From positions 1-37,298 of the forward strand of contig JAPLUZ010000049.1 of the NCBI GenBank assembly GCA_026397375.1: a stretch of 37,298 nucleotides of DNA, given 5' to 3'. How positions within the stretch are numbered: position 1 is the stretch's first letter; every line of letters starts with the position of its first letter. The notes under the pieces are model-generated. The model was not told where the DNA came from. It was given only the letters and a program-made list of their open reading frames with translations, and ran no database searches. This stretch comes from Candidatus Aenigmatarchaeota archaeon (lineage in GTDB: Archaea; Aenigmatarchaeota; Aenigmatarchaeia; GW2011-AR5). This document shows positions 24,457 through 32,167 of the stretch, one piece after another. Position numbers and translations under genes: made by a program.

Positions 24457-24487
24457 AAAGACTGCTTCTAAGTCCTAAAGTGATAAT

Positions 24488-24793
24488 ATGCCAAGTAGAA
24501 GTTATGAAATTAAGAGCACTAAAGAGTTTGACGAACTAAGTCCAAGTCAACGACTGGGATATCTGAAAAGCCTTGAAGACAGCATGTTCCAGGAGATTTG
24601 CACACTTGCTCTTAAGCCTGAATCTAGTGTGAGCTCCGCAGATACGTATTTGGCAAATAAGCAATACGAAAGTCTAATGACTCTTGTTGAGTATGCAAAA
24701 CTAGACGGAGATAGCTCAGTAAGTCAACGGGCGAAGATTCTAGATATTCGCATCATGTTGTTTAACAAATTTGCTCTAAAAATAGAAGAGTAA
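24488..24793 (+). CDS. Hypothetical protein (101 aa)
   Basis: ORF only; no motif recognised. Confidence 0.35.
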   Translation: MPSRSYEIKSTKEFDELSPSQRLGYLKSLEDSMFQEICTLALKPESSVSSADTYLANKQYESLMTLVEYAKLDGDSSVSQRAKILDIRIMLFNKFALKIEE

Positions 24794-25564
24794 TTATTTC
24801 TTCTTCTTGCCGGCCTGCTTGATGGCGTAGACAAAGGATTCTATTGTTTTCTTTGGATCACTGGTTTTCTCGGCTGCTGTGCCTATCTGGATCCAGTCAG
24901 CGCCTGCGGTGATGATATCGGCTGCCTGCCTTGGTGTGCGTACGCCGCCTGCTACGAGGTAAGGCACGTCTATTGCTTTTCTAACAGCTGAGACCATATC
25001 TAGTTGCACGGGCTCATAAGCTGCAGAACCGGCGTCTGTAAAAATAATTCTGTTTCCATTGTACTCGCCTGCCAGCGCCAGCGCGGCTGCGATATGCGGC
25101 CTATTGCGGGGAACAACGTTTGCATCACCAACCCAGCCGACTGTTCCGCCTGGTTCGACAACTATGTAACCGATAGGCAGCGGTTCTACGTTGAGCTGTT
25201 TTATCAGAGGCGCAGCCAATGTTTGTGCTTGCGAGATCCAATAAGGATTTCTGCTGTTGAGCAGAGACATAAAATAAATTGCGTCGGCAAAAGGCGTGAT
25301 TGTTGCTATGTTTCCCGGGAATAAAACAACGGGTATGTCAACCTTTTCCTTTATTGATTTTGTAACAGTATCCAGCAACCTGCCTTGGGCGCCTATGGAT
25401 CCGCCTACGGCAATAATATCAACGCCTGCCTTGTGGGCTACTACTGCGGTCTCTATTGCCTTTTCCGGATTGGGATAGTCCACAGGGTCAATAATTACGG
25501 AAAGTATTCCACCGTCATCCTTTGTCTTCTTGTTTATGTAATTTTCAACTTTTCCCGGTTTCAT
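24794..25564 (-). CDS. Geranylgeranylglyceryl phosphate synthase (GGGPS/PcrB family)
   Basis: IIDPVD, GVDIIAVGGS, PVVLFPGN, ADAIYFMSLLNSRNPYWI and VAGGVRT match the GGGPS TIM-barrel pattern. Confidence 0.85.
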   Translation of the reverse strand: MKPGKVENYINKKTKDDGGILSVIIDPVDYPNPEKAIETAVVAHKAGVDIIAVGGSIGAQGRLLDTVTKSIKEKVDIPVVLFPGNIATITPFADAIYFMSLLNSRNPYWISQAQTLAAPLIKQLNVEPLPIGYIVVEPGGTVGWVGDANVVPRNRPHIAAALALAGEYNGNRIIFTDAGSAAYEPVQLDMVSAVRKAIDVPYLVAGGVRTPRQAADIITAGADWIQIGTAAEKTSDPKKTIESFVYAIKQAGKKKK

Positions 25565-26541
25565 GGTTTCACCTTGCTTAAGTGCGCCAAATCTTCGTCT
25601 GAATATCCAAGTCTAGCAATTTGAAGATATTTAATGGTTTCTCTTATCGCATGGGGGGTTGTATATTTTGGATGGAAAGCAAGGATTTTTCCCGCCTTTT
25701 CTATAGAAAGTATTCTGTTCCTTACAAGGCGATCAATACTGGATTTCATTTTTACCAGCTTCGGCTTTTTGCCTGACAGATTGCACGACAAAACATGCAT
25801 GCGGGCTGACAGCAGGGCAATCTTTACGGGTATATGCTTGGTGGGCACAGGTACCCTTAACTGCTCTGCAATCATCTGGTATACTTCTTCATAGGTGGGC
25901 GTGTCTTTTGTTGCTATGTGGAAAACCTGGTCGTAGGCTTTTTTGTTTTGTTTCACTATAGTGAGCAGATCAATGACATCGTCTATGTACACCAGATGAA
26001 AATAATTCCTGCCCGAGCCGATTATTGGATAACCGCGCCTGGCTGCTTCAAAGATGGAAGCCCAGATTGCATTGGGACCTATGATTATTGTGGTCCTGAC
26101 TATGGTATAGTGAACACCGCTGTTTTTTATTATCTTTTCTGCTTCTGCTTTTGACCTCTCGTATTCTGTTTTCGGGTTATACGGCATAGTTTCCTTTGCC
26201 GCCTTATTTGTCTCGCCCAGCACGCCAGAAGAGCTCATGAATATCAGTTGCTTGACTTTCTGCTCCTTGCACAGTTCTGCGACGTTCTGCGTGCCTTTTA
26301 CGTTGATATCCCACAGGTCAGGATTAGCTTCGTCCAGACATGCGGCAAGATGATAAACAATATCCACTTTGGAAAAGACTTTTCGCAGTTCAGCCTTATC
26401 CCTTATGTCGCCGGCTACAACCTTTACTCCCAGATCCTCCGGCTTGTCGCTAAATACGACTACTTCGTCACCCTGGCTGACAAGCTTTTTTACAAGCCTC
26501 ATGCCCAGGAAGCCGGTGCCTCCCGTTACCAAAATTCTCAT
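25561..26541 (-). CDS. NAD-dependent epimerase/dehydratase (extended SDR)
   Basis: Rossmann motif ILVTGGTGFLG. The YxxxK region is present (YERSKAEAEK). It overlaps the GGGPS start by 4 nt. Confidence 0.75.
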   Translation of the reverse strand: MRILVTGGTGFLGMRLVKKLVSQGDEVVVFSDKPEDLGVKVVAGDIRDKAELRKVFSKVDIVYHLAACLDEANPDLWDINVKGTQNVAELCKEQKVKQLIFMSSSGVLGETNKAAKETMPYNPKTEYERSKAEAEKIIKNSGVHYTIVRTTIIIGPNAIWASIFEAARRGYPIIGSGRNYFHLVYIDDVIDLLTIVKQNKKAYDQVFHIATKDTPTYEEVYQMIAEQLRVPVPTKHIPVKIALLSARMHVLSCNLSGKKPKLVKMKSSIDRLVRNRILSIEKAGKILAFHPKYTTPHAIRETIKYLQIARLGYSDEDLAHLSKVKP

Positions 26542-26625
26542 AGGAAAAGCTTTATCAGAAGCAGTTAAAAGGTTATTAAACTAATCTTTACAAAGTATTT
26601 TTATATATCAAAACAAGAAGATGAT

Positions 26626-27339
26626 ATGGATATGATACCCAATCATATAGGGCTTATAATGGACGGTAACCGTCGCTTCGCTAGGGAGCTGGTCAAGAGG
26701 CCATGGGAAGGGCATTTATTTGGATTAAAAAAATCCCGTGATGTCCTGCAGTGGACATGCGAAGCGGGCATAAAGTACATGACGATCTATACGCTTTCTC
26801 TGGAGAACATAAGCACAAGACCGAAAAGGGAATTACAGATAATTCTGAAATACCTGGGCGAAGAAGCGGACAACGTGTTGAAAAACAAAAATCATCCGAT
26901 ACACAAATTCAACGTAAAAACGAGGTTCATCGGCCGCATCCACGTACTGCCCGACTACCTGCAGGCAAAACTGAAAAAAGTCGAGGAAGCAACGAAAAAC
27001 TACAAAAACCACATATTGAATATAGCTGTTGCGTACGGCGGCCAGCAGGAAATAATAGACGCTGTCAAGGAAATAATGCTCAAGGGACTGAAGGGCATAA
27101 TAAAGCCGAGCGATGTCGACGAAAAAATAATGAAGGAACATTTGTACACGAATGGCCAGCCGTATCCTGATCTTATAGTACGCTCGGGCGGGGAAGTACG
27201 TTTGTCAAATTTCCTGCCTTTCCAGTCAGTCTACAGCGAGCTCATATTTACAAACAAAAAGTGGCCAGAGCTGACAAAAAAAGATTTTGACTCGTTTCTT
27301 GTCGAATTTGCGAAACGGCAGAGAAAATTCGGGAAGTAG
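26626..27339 (+). CDS. uppS: Undecaprenyl/di-trans,poly-cis-prenyl diphosphate synthase (cis-IPTase)
   Basis: HIGLIMDGNRRFA and IRSGGEVRLSNFLPFQSVYSEL are signatures of cis-prenyltransferases. Confidence 0.85.
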   Translation: MDMIPNHIGLIMDGNRRFARELVKRPWEGHLFGLKKSRDVLQWTCEAGIKYMTIYTLSLENISTRPKRELQIILKYLGEEADNVLKNKNHPIHKFNVKTRFIGRIHVLPDYLQAKLKKVEEATKNYKNHILNIAVAYGGQQEIIDAVKEIMLKGLKGIIKPSDVDEKIMKEHLYTNGQPYPDLIVRSGGEVRLSNFLPFQSVYSELIFTNKKWPELTKKDFDSFLVEFAKRQRKFGK

Positions 27340-27340
27340 G

Positions 27341-27784
27341 CTAAAGGTCGCTATCAGAAATAACCTTTATTTTATTTCTCTTTAACAAAGCTGTTGTAAC
27401 ACCGTCACCTTTTATTAATTTTTTCGAAAAAGTCCCGTCGTATATTTGCCCAGAACCGCACGAAGGACTTCTCTGGGTCAAGATCACTTCTTTTATGTCG
27501 TGCAATTTGGCCATTTTCAGGACCTCTTCTGCGCCTTTGACAAAATATTTGGTAACATCATTGCCGCCGGGTTCAATAACCTTGGCTTTTCCATCCAGCA
27601 CGCCTGACCCATCACCACCACTAATTTCAGCGTTGGGTCTTGGCGTGGATTGGCCGCCCAACTGCTCTGGGCATACCGGGATCAGTGTTTCCTTCTTGGA
27701 AATTGCAACTATTTTTTTGTTTAAGTTGTCCTTTCCGTCGTATCTGCATTTTATGCCCAGCAGACAGGCACTACAAAGTCTCAT
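27341..27784 (-). CDS. DUF523 (YbbK/TudS-like) protein
   Basis: SACLLGIKCRYDG...PVCPEQLGG..TPR is the pattern characteristic of DUF523. Confidence 0.7.
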   Translation of the reverse strand: MRLCSACLLGIKCRYDGKDNLNKKIVAISKKETLIPVCPEQLGGQSTPRPNAEISGGDGSGVLDGKAKVIEPGGNDVTKYFVKGAEEVLKMAKLHDIKEVILTQRSPSCGSGQIYDGTFSKKLIKGDGVTTALLKRNKIKVISDSDL

Positions 27785-27835
27785 TAAAATAAATTAGACC
27801 AAGTGTTTATTAGTCTTTCTTTCTAACTATAATCC

Positions 27836-28570
27836 ATGAAAAAAGTAGGGAAAATAATGCTATTGGGAAAAAGGAATTTCCTTGTTGACAGCGGGAAGCA
27901 GATAAACACGGAATTTGGTCTGATAGATCTGACAAAAGTAAAAAAGTACGGCCAAGTTGTCAGAACAACGACAGGAGAAAAATTTATTGCGGCCGAGCCG
28001 ACGATAAAAGACCTGCTCTCAAAATGCAAAAGAATACCACAGATAGTGACGGCAAAGGACGCTGCTCAGATACTGGCTGTCACAGGCCTGCAGGCAGGAT
28101 GGAATTGCCTGGATCTGGGCGGGGGTTCGGGATTTCTGACAATATTTCTTGCAAACTACGCGCAGCCAGGTTCTGTCGTTACATATGAAAAAGACAAAAA
28201 AAATGCGGAAAATATTGGGAACAATGTGAAGTTCTGCGACCTTAAAAACGTCACAGTAAAAAACAAGCCAGCTGAGAAATTCACAGAAAAAGATCTGGAT
28301 ATCATAACTACTGACTACGTTAATGCAGAAAAGAATGTGAAAAAATTCTTTGCCGCGCTGAAACCAGGAGGCTGGTTAGTAATGTACAGCCCGCAGATAG
28401 AACAGCACCAGAAGTCAAGAAAGGAAATAAACAAAATGAATTTCGATTACGTCAAGACAATAGAAACCGTGCAAAGAGAATGGAAAGTGGACCCGCGCGG
28501 CTTTACGCATCCTATACACACGCAACTGGTGCACACGGGTTTCATGACGTTTGCAAGGAAGAAGATGTGA
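27836..28570 (+). CDS. trmI: tRNA (adenine-N1)-methyltransferase TrmI/GCD14-like
   Basis: N-terminal beta domain, RIPQIVTAKDAAQI, and SAM motif CLDLGGGSGFLT. Confidence 0.7.
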   Translation: MKKVGKIMLLGKRNFLVDSGKQINTEFGLIDLTKVKKYGQVVRTTTGEKFIAAEPTIKDLLSKCKRIPQIVTAKDAAQILAVTGLQAGWNCLDLGGGSGFLTIFLANYAQPGSVVTYEKDKKNAENIGNNVKFCDLKNVTVKNKPAEKFTEKDLDIITTDYVNAEKNVKKFFAALKPGGWLVMYSPQIEQHQKSRKEINKMNFDYVKTIETVQREWKVDPRGFTHPIHTQLVHTGFMTFARKKM

Positions 28571-28607
28571 ATAGGAAAATTGAAGAGTTAAAAGAAAACT
28601 AATAATT

Positions 28608-29138
28608 TTATACGCTATTTAACACGTTTGTGAATAGTGATTTATCTATAGGAATTTCTTGTGTTGGTATTGTTTGCGTATACACATCTTCTTCCGTATA
28701 AGGAATTAAGCCAAACATAATTTTTACTGTTGCTTTGTACCTTACTGAAATGCTGTAAGCAGATATGCTGGGGACGAGCCTGAAAGGATTTTCTTGAAGT
28801 GTGTATATGGATGGTATACCTTTGAACTTCACTGAAATGTTCATAATTTGTTTTGAAGGAATAGTTATACTGTCACCATAACCACTAACTGCCTTTATTG
28901 TACCATCTTTTAATTTTGCCGTTATAGTTGCGCTTACTATATCTATTTTTATAATGTCGCTTCTTGTGTTATTAACTGGGACTGAAATATTCGCATCAAT
29001 GCTGAAGCCTATTGTATTTGGATTTACGCTGTAGGGCGTGCCAAGCTGGACACCAGGCTTGCCTATGGTTGGGGCTGTTGTATCAACACAACCAGCTATG
29101 AAAACTATCATGAGCAATAAAGCAAGGATTTTCATCAT
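28608..29138 (-). CDS. Putative lipoprotein with LEA2/beta-sandwich-like domain
   Basis: Signal peptide ending in a lipobox-like IAGC (MMKILALLLMIVFIAGCVD). The remainder is beta-rich. Confidence 0.5.
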   Translation of the reverse strand: MMKILALLLMIVFIAGCVDTTAPTIGKPGVQLGTPYSVNPNTIGFSIDANISVPVNNTRSDIIKIDIVSATITAKLKDGTIKAVSGYGDSITIPSKQIMNISVKFKGIPSIYTLQENPFRLVPSISAYSISVRYKATVKIMFGLIPYTEEDVYTQTIPTQEIPIDKSLFTNVLNSV

Positions 29139-29201
29139 AAAAATAGGCTTTTCACCATATTTAAAAAGACTTCTTCGGACATATTTATTAGGTGTGGGTT
29201 A

Positions 29202-30002
29202 GTGAACAAGTACATAGTAGGTATGACGGTAATTGCATTTTTATTTGCAATTTCTGCAGTACACGCACAGACGGCTACAGCTAGTTGGGATTCTTCGACG
29301 TATTATCAAGGAGATGGTGGTACTTTAACAGTAACCGTGTATAATAGTCATTCTTATCAGATTTGTCCAAAACAAGTTTATCTGCAATTTGATTGGCAGC
29401 AAGCACAAAATACGGTGTATCCTTCACCCAATACAGCATGTATTGCAACAGGTCAAAGTCAGCAATTCGTCATTTCATTTGGCATACCATCAAGTACAAC
29501 TATAGAACAACATTTGTACAATGTAAAATGGATTGATAATGGTATCTTAATTGGTAGTCCTACACTAAGCTCGGGGTCTTTGATGGTACATGATGCGTAC
29601 GAAAAAGTTTATCTAAATCTTGTATCAACAGTACAACCATCTATTACGCAGGCTCAGAATTCAAACTATCAAAGTCCAACAGCAGTTACCGACCTTAATC
29701 AAGCAGTATCATATTTCAATCAAGCAGCAACTCTGGCAGGTCAAGGTCAATACCAAGGAGCAGTTAATAATTTGAATCAGGCACAGGCATCGCTTTCAGC
29801 AGCAATTACTGCGGAACAGTCTTACCAACCTCCCCTATTAGGTGGTGGTAAATCTAATCTAAATATTGGAGGAGGTAGTGGTTCACCTGATAGTGGTATT
29901 GGTATAATTGTCGTTATAATAATTATAATTGTAGTGGCAGCTTTTTGGTTAAATAAAAAGAAGGCTCAACCTAAAAGTAAAGCAAAATCCAGAAAGAAAT
30001 AA
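29202..30002 (+). CDS. Secreted beta-sandwich (CARDB-like) protein with Q-rich helical linker, Gly-rich spacer, C-terminal TM and basic tail
   Basis: GTG start 7 nt after AGGTG. Signal peptide AISAVHA/QT. GGTLTVTVYN-type strand. The C-terminus reads GGGSGSPDSGIGIIVVIIIIIVVAAFWLNKKKAQPKSKAKSRKK. Confidence 0.5.
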   Translation: MNKYIVGMTVIAFLFAISAVHAQTATASWDSSTYYQGDGGTLTVTVYNSHSYQICPKQVYLQFDWQQAQNTVYPSPNTACIATGQSQQFVISFGIPSSTTIEQHLYNVKWIDNGILIGSPTLSSGSLMVHDAYEKVYLNLVSTVQPSITQAQNSNYQSPTAVTDLNQAVSYFNQAATLAGQGQYQGAVNNLNQAQASLSAAITAEQSYQPPLLGGGKSNLNIGGGSGSPDSGIGIIVVIIIIIVVAAFWLNKKKAQPKSKAKSRKK

Positions 30003-30052
30003 ATAATTATTTATCAATTTCTATGAATTAGACCGAACTAGCCAGAAACATC

Positions 30053-30385
30053 TTAAATTAATGTCAATATATTATTCAAACAAAAAGTAACAAAAGTCCA
30101 TATAAATATGCCGACTCCAGCACCGCCGACTATCCCAGTTATAAATCTAGAATAATTGTTTGAAACTATTTTGAAATAACTTTGAATTAGCCAGTCTAGA
30201 AACATAATGCCCATACAAATCACTGCAATAATTAAACTTGGTAGGTTTCCTGATAGAAATAAGACAAACGATAAGATATGTCCTATGCTACATCCAAGAC
30301 ATCTTGCACAGAATGGCATCGGTTTTCCATTAATTTTAAAGCATCTTTCAGGTATCCCGTGACATGAAATATATTTTCTTAGCAT
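30053..30385 (-). CDS. DUF2085-like membrane protein
   Basis: CHGIPERCF....PFCARCLG followed by TM helices. Confidence 0.6.
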   Translation of the reverse strand: MLRKYISCHGIPERCFKINGKPMPFCARCLGCSIGHILSFVLFLSGNLPSLIIAVICMGIMFLDWLIQSYFKIVSNNYSRFITGIVGGAGVGIFIWTFVTFCLNNILTLI

Positions 30386-30618
30386 TATGTCCAGCTATGA
30401 TTGCATTTTAAACAAGTCTTTTTAATTTTATTTGCTCCCGATTGCCCACAAAGAAGACCAAGTGGTCCGGCTATCAATGCACCACAACATCCCCAGCCGG
30501 CGCTATACCCTTTTTTATCAACATGGATTTGTGTCGACCCGCACTTAGGACATCTTATTTTATCTTCTTGCTCTTCTTTTGCTACTTTACGATGTTCGTC
30601 CTTTTTTCTTTTAGGCAT
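30385..30618 (-). CDS. Small Zn-ribbon protein with Gly-rich membrane-like segment
   Basis: CPKCGS...CLKCNH flank GWGCCGALIAGPLGLLCG. Its stop shares nt 30385 with the downstream start. Confidence 0.45.
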   Translation of the reverse strand: MPKRKKDEHRKVAKEEQEDKIRCPKCGSTQIHVDKKGYSAGWGCCGALIAGPLGLLCGQSGANKIKKTCLKCNHSWT

Positions 30619-30688
30619 AAAAATCTGTATTCTGCAAACTATAAATACCGTTCAAAAATAGAGGGTTATCTATACCCCGAAGTTGTAA

Positions 30689-30815
30689 TGGGCTTGGCAG
30701 GATTTGAACCTGCGTCACGGACTATTTCTGGAACCTTCCCTTTTTTCCTTTTGATTGAACTTTTGGGAAAAGTTCACCCGAAGCCCGGATTCTAACCAAA
30801 CTAAACCACAAGCCC
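30689..30815 (-). tRNA. tRNA-Pro (anticodon CGG) with an intron of about 53 nt after position 37
   Basis: Folded by hand. Acceptor stem GGGCTTG/CAAGCCC, D stem GTTT/GAAT, anticodon stem CGGGC/GTCCG, loop TTCGGG|intron|A, T arm GCAGG-TTCAAAT-CCTGC, discriminator A. CCA is not encoded. Confidence 0.7.
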
Positions 30816-30859
30816 TAACAATTGGTTACATTTATAAGGGAGCTAACGAATAAAAGATT

Positions 30860-31183
30860 ATGAAACATAACAAAAGGTTAATCATTTCTATAATTATTAT
30901 TGTAATTGTTCTCTCTATAATCACATCTGTATATTTTTCTAGCTTAAACATAGAATCACTAAATTCTTGCAATTCTGATACTGATTGCAAAATAGTAAGA
31001 CTTAATTATTGTGGTAGTGCTACAGCAATAAACAATCAGAATGAAAATTTATGGTTAAATCACTTGTATTTCGAAGATATATCAAATCATGGAGTGCTCT
31101 GCAAAACTACTCTGCCCCTGGATTATTTTACAGCAAGATGCCAAGAGAATAAGTGTATGGCAGTTCAGATCGAAAATCCTTAA
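30860..31183 (+). CDS. N-terminally anchored Cys-rich extracytoplasmic protein (107 aa)
   Basis: MKHNKR followed by a hydrophobic helix, then six Cys in the ectodomain. Confidence 0.4.
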   Translation: MKHNKRLIISIIIIVIVLSIITSVYFSSLNIESLNSCNSDTDCKIVRLNYCGSATAINNQNENLWLNHLYFEDISNHGVLCKTTLPLDYFTARCQENKCMAVQIENP

Positions 31184-31259
31184 GCAACAAATCACAAGCC
31201 CTAACGAATGAATCTAGTTTTCTTGTAAATTTATAAGGCTTCTATAAAATTCAAATAAA

Positions 31260-31691
31260 TTAGAACAGCGTGCTTTTCTTGTATTTAGCGTATTTATTGC
31301 CGAATTTTCTAAGCATCTCGCGTTCTTCTTTTCTGGCTTTGTAAATATGGAAGGGCACAAGCAATGCTATTACTAGAATAATCCCTATAAATGACTTGAA
31401 TAATAGAGCTAATCCAATGAAAAATAAAATTCTACCAGTGTAAACGGGATGTCTAATTTTTGAATAAATGCCAGATGTAATCAGTCTTTCTTTTTTAGAA
31501 ATGAATGCCTTGTCTATAGCAATTCTGCCGATACTTAGAAGTACAATACCTATGATAGCAATAATCAAAGATAATACACTGTAAATAGCATTTTTGAATA
31601 AGAATTGGTCTCTGAAAATAGCAATTAACGCCAAAATTACTATATGTATAAAAACTGATGATACTTTCTCTGTTATCATATTCGTCTTCAA
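31260..31691 (-). CDS. Isoprenylcysteine carboxyl / phospholipid methyltransferase-family membrane protein
   Basis: SGIYSKIRHPVYTGRILFFIG matches the ICMT/PEMT RHPxYxG motif, and the protein has 4 TM helices. Confidence 0.65.
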   Translation of the reverse strand: MKTNMITEKVSSVFIHIVILALIAIFRDQFLFKNAIYSVLSLIIAIIGIVLLSIGRIAIDKAFISKKERLITSGIYSKIRHPVYTGRILFFIGLALLFKSFIGIILVIALLVPFHIYKARKEEREMLRKFGNKYAKYKKSTLF

Positions 31692-31726
31692 TTATTAGTT
31701 GTTAAACGAATTAATAGAAACCGAAT

Positions 31727-32167
31727 TTACCATCCATGTTCGCTGTAAAACACCTTGTTATTTATTTTTTCTATCGCCTGTCTTATATACGGAATAGTAT
31801 TTTCAGGCAATTTTTCTATAGGAAACCATCTCATATTGTCGCACTTATTAGGTTCCATAATTTTTGGTTCGCTCTTCCATTTCCCTGCCTGTATGAAAAA
31901 ATCTATTCGTTCATGATCAGTTTTTCTGTGCATAACGTGAACGACTTCGAGATCCTTTTCTTCTATGTCAATTCCAGCTTCTTCCTTTGCTTCCCGGATC
32001 ATTGCCTGCAGGAAGGTTTCGTTTCCATCTAGATGTCCGGCAACAACGCTGTAGTTTCCATCCTGCCATCCTGTGTTGAAGCGTCGGGAGAGCAGTATTT
32101 TTCCATCTTTTATCAAAATAAGATGAGACGTTGGCACTAGCTTGAATCTTTCTTTCATGCAAATCAT
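31727..32167 (-). CDS. NUDIX hydrolase
   Basis: Nudix box GHLDGNETFLQAMIREAKEEAGI. Confidence 0.8.
   Translation of the reverse strand: MICMKERFKLVPTSHLILIKDGKILLSRRFNTGWQDGNYSVVAGHLDGNETFLQAMIREAKEEAGIDIEEKDLEVVHVMHRKTDHERIDFFIQAGKWKSEPKIMEPNKCDNMRWFPIEKLPENTIPYIRQAIEKINNKVFYSEHGW

Noticed and set aside
26751-27170. 139-aa plus-strand ORF in an alternative frame inside uppS, and similar internal or antisense ORFs in lig (13022-13516), hel308 and the 526/570-aa genes
   Set aside because: In each case the overlapping frame carries clear family motifs. The alternative products are low-complexity (Arg/Gln/Ser-rich).
30442-30795. 117-aa plus-strand ORF spanning the region between the Zn-ribbon gene and 30795
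   Set aside because: It overlaps the antisense of the Zn-ribbon CDS and runs straight through the tRNA-Pro gene and its intron. It is an artefact of ORF calling.
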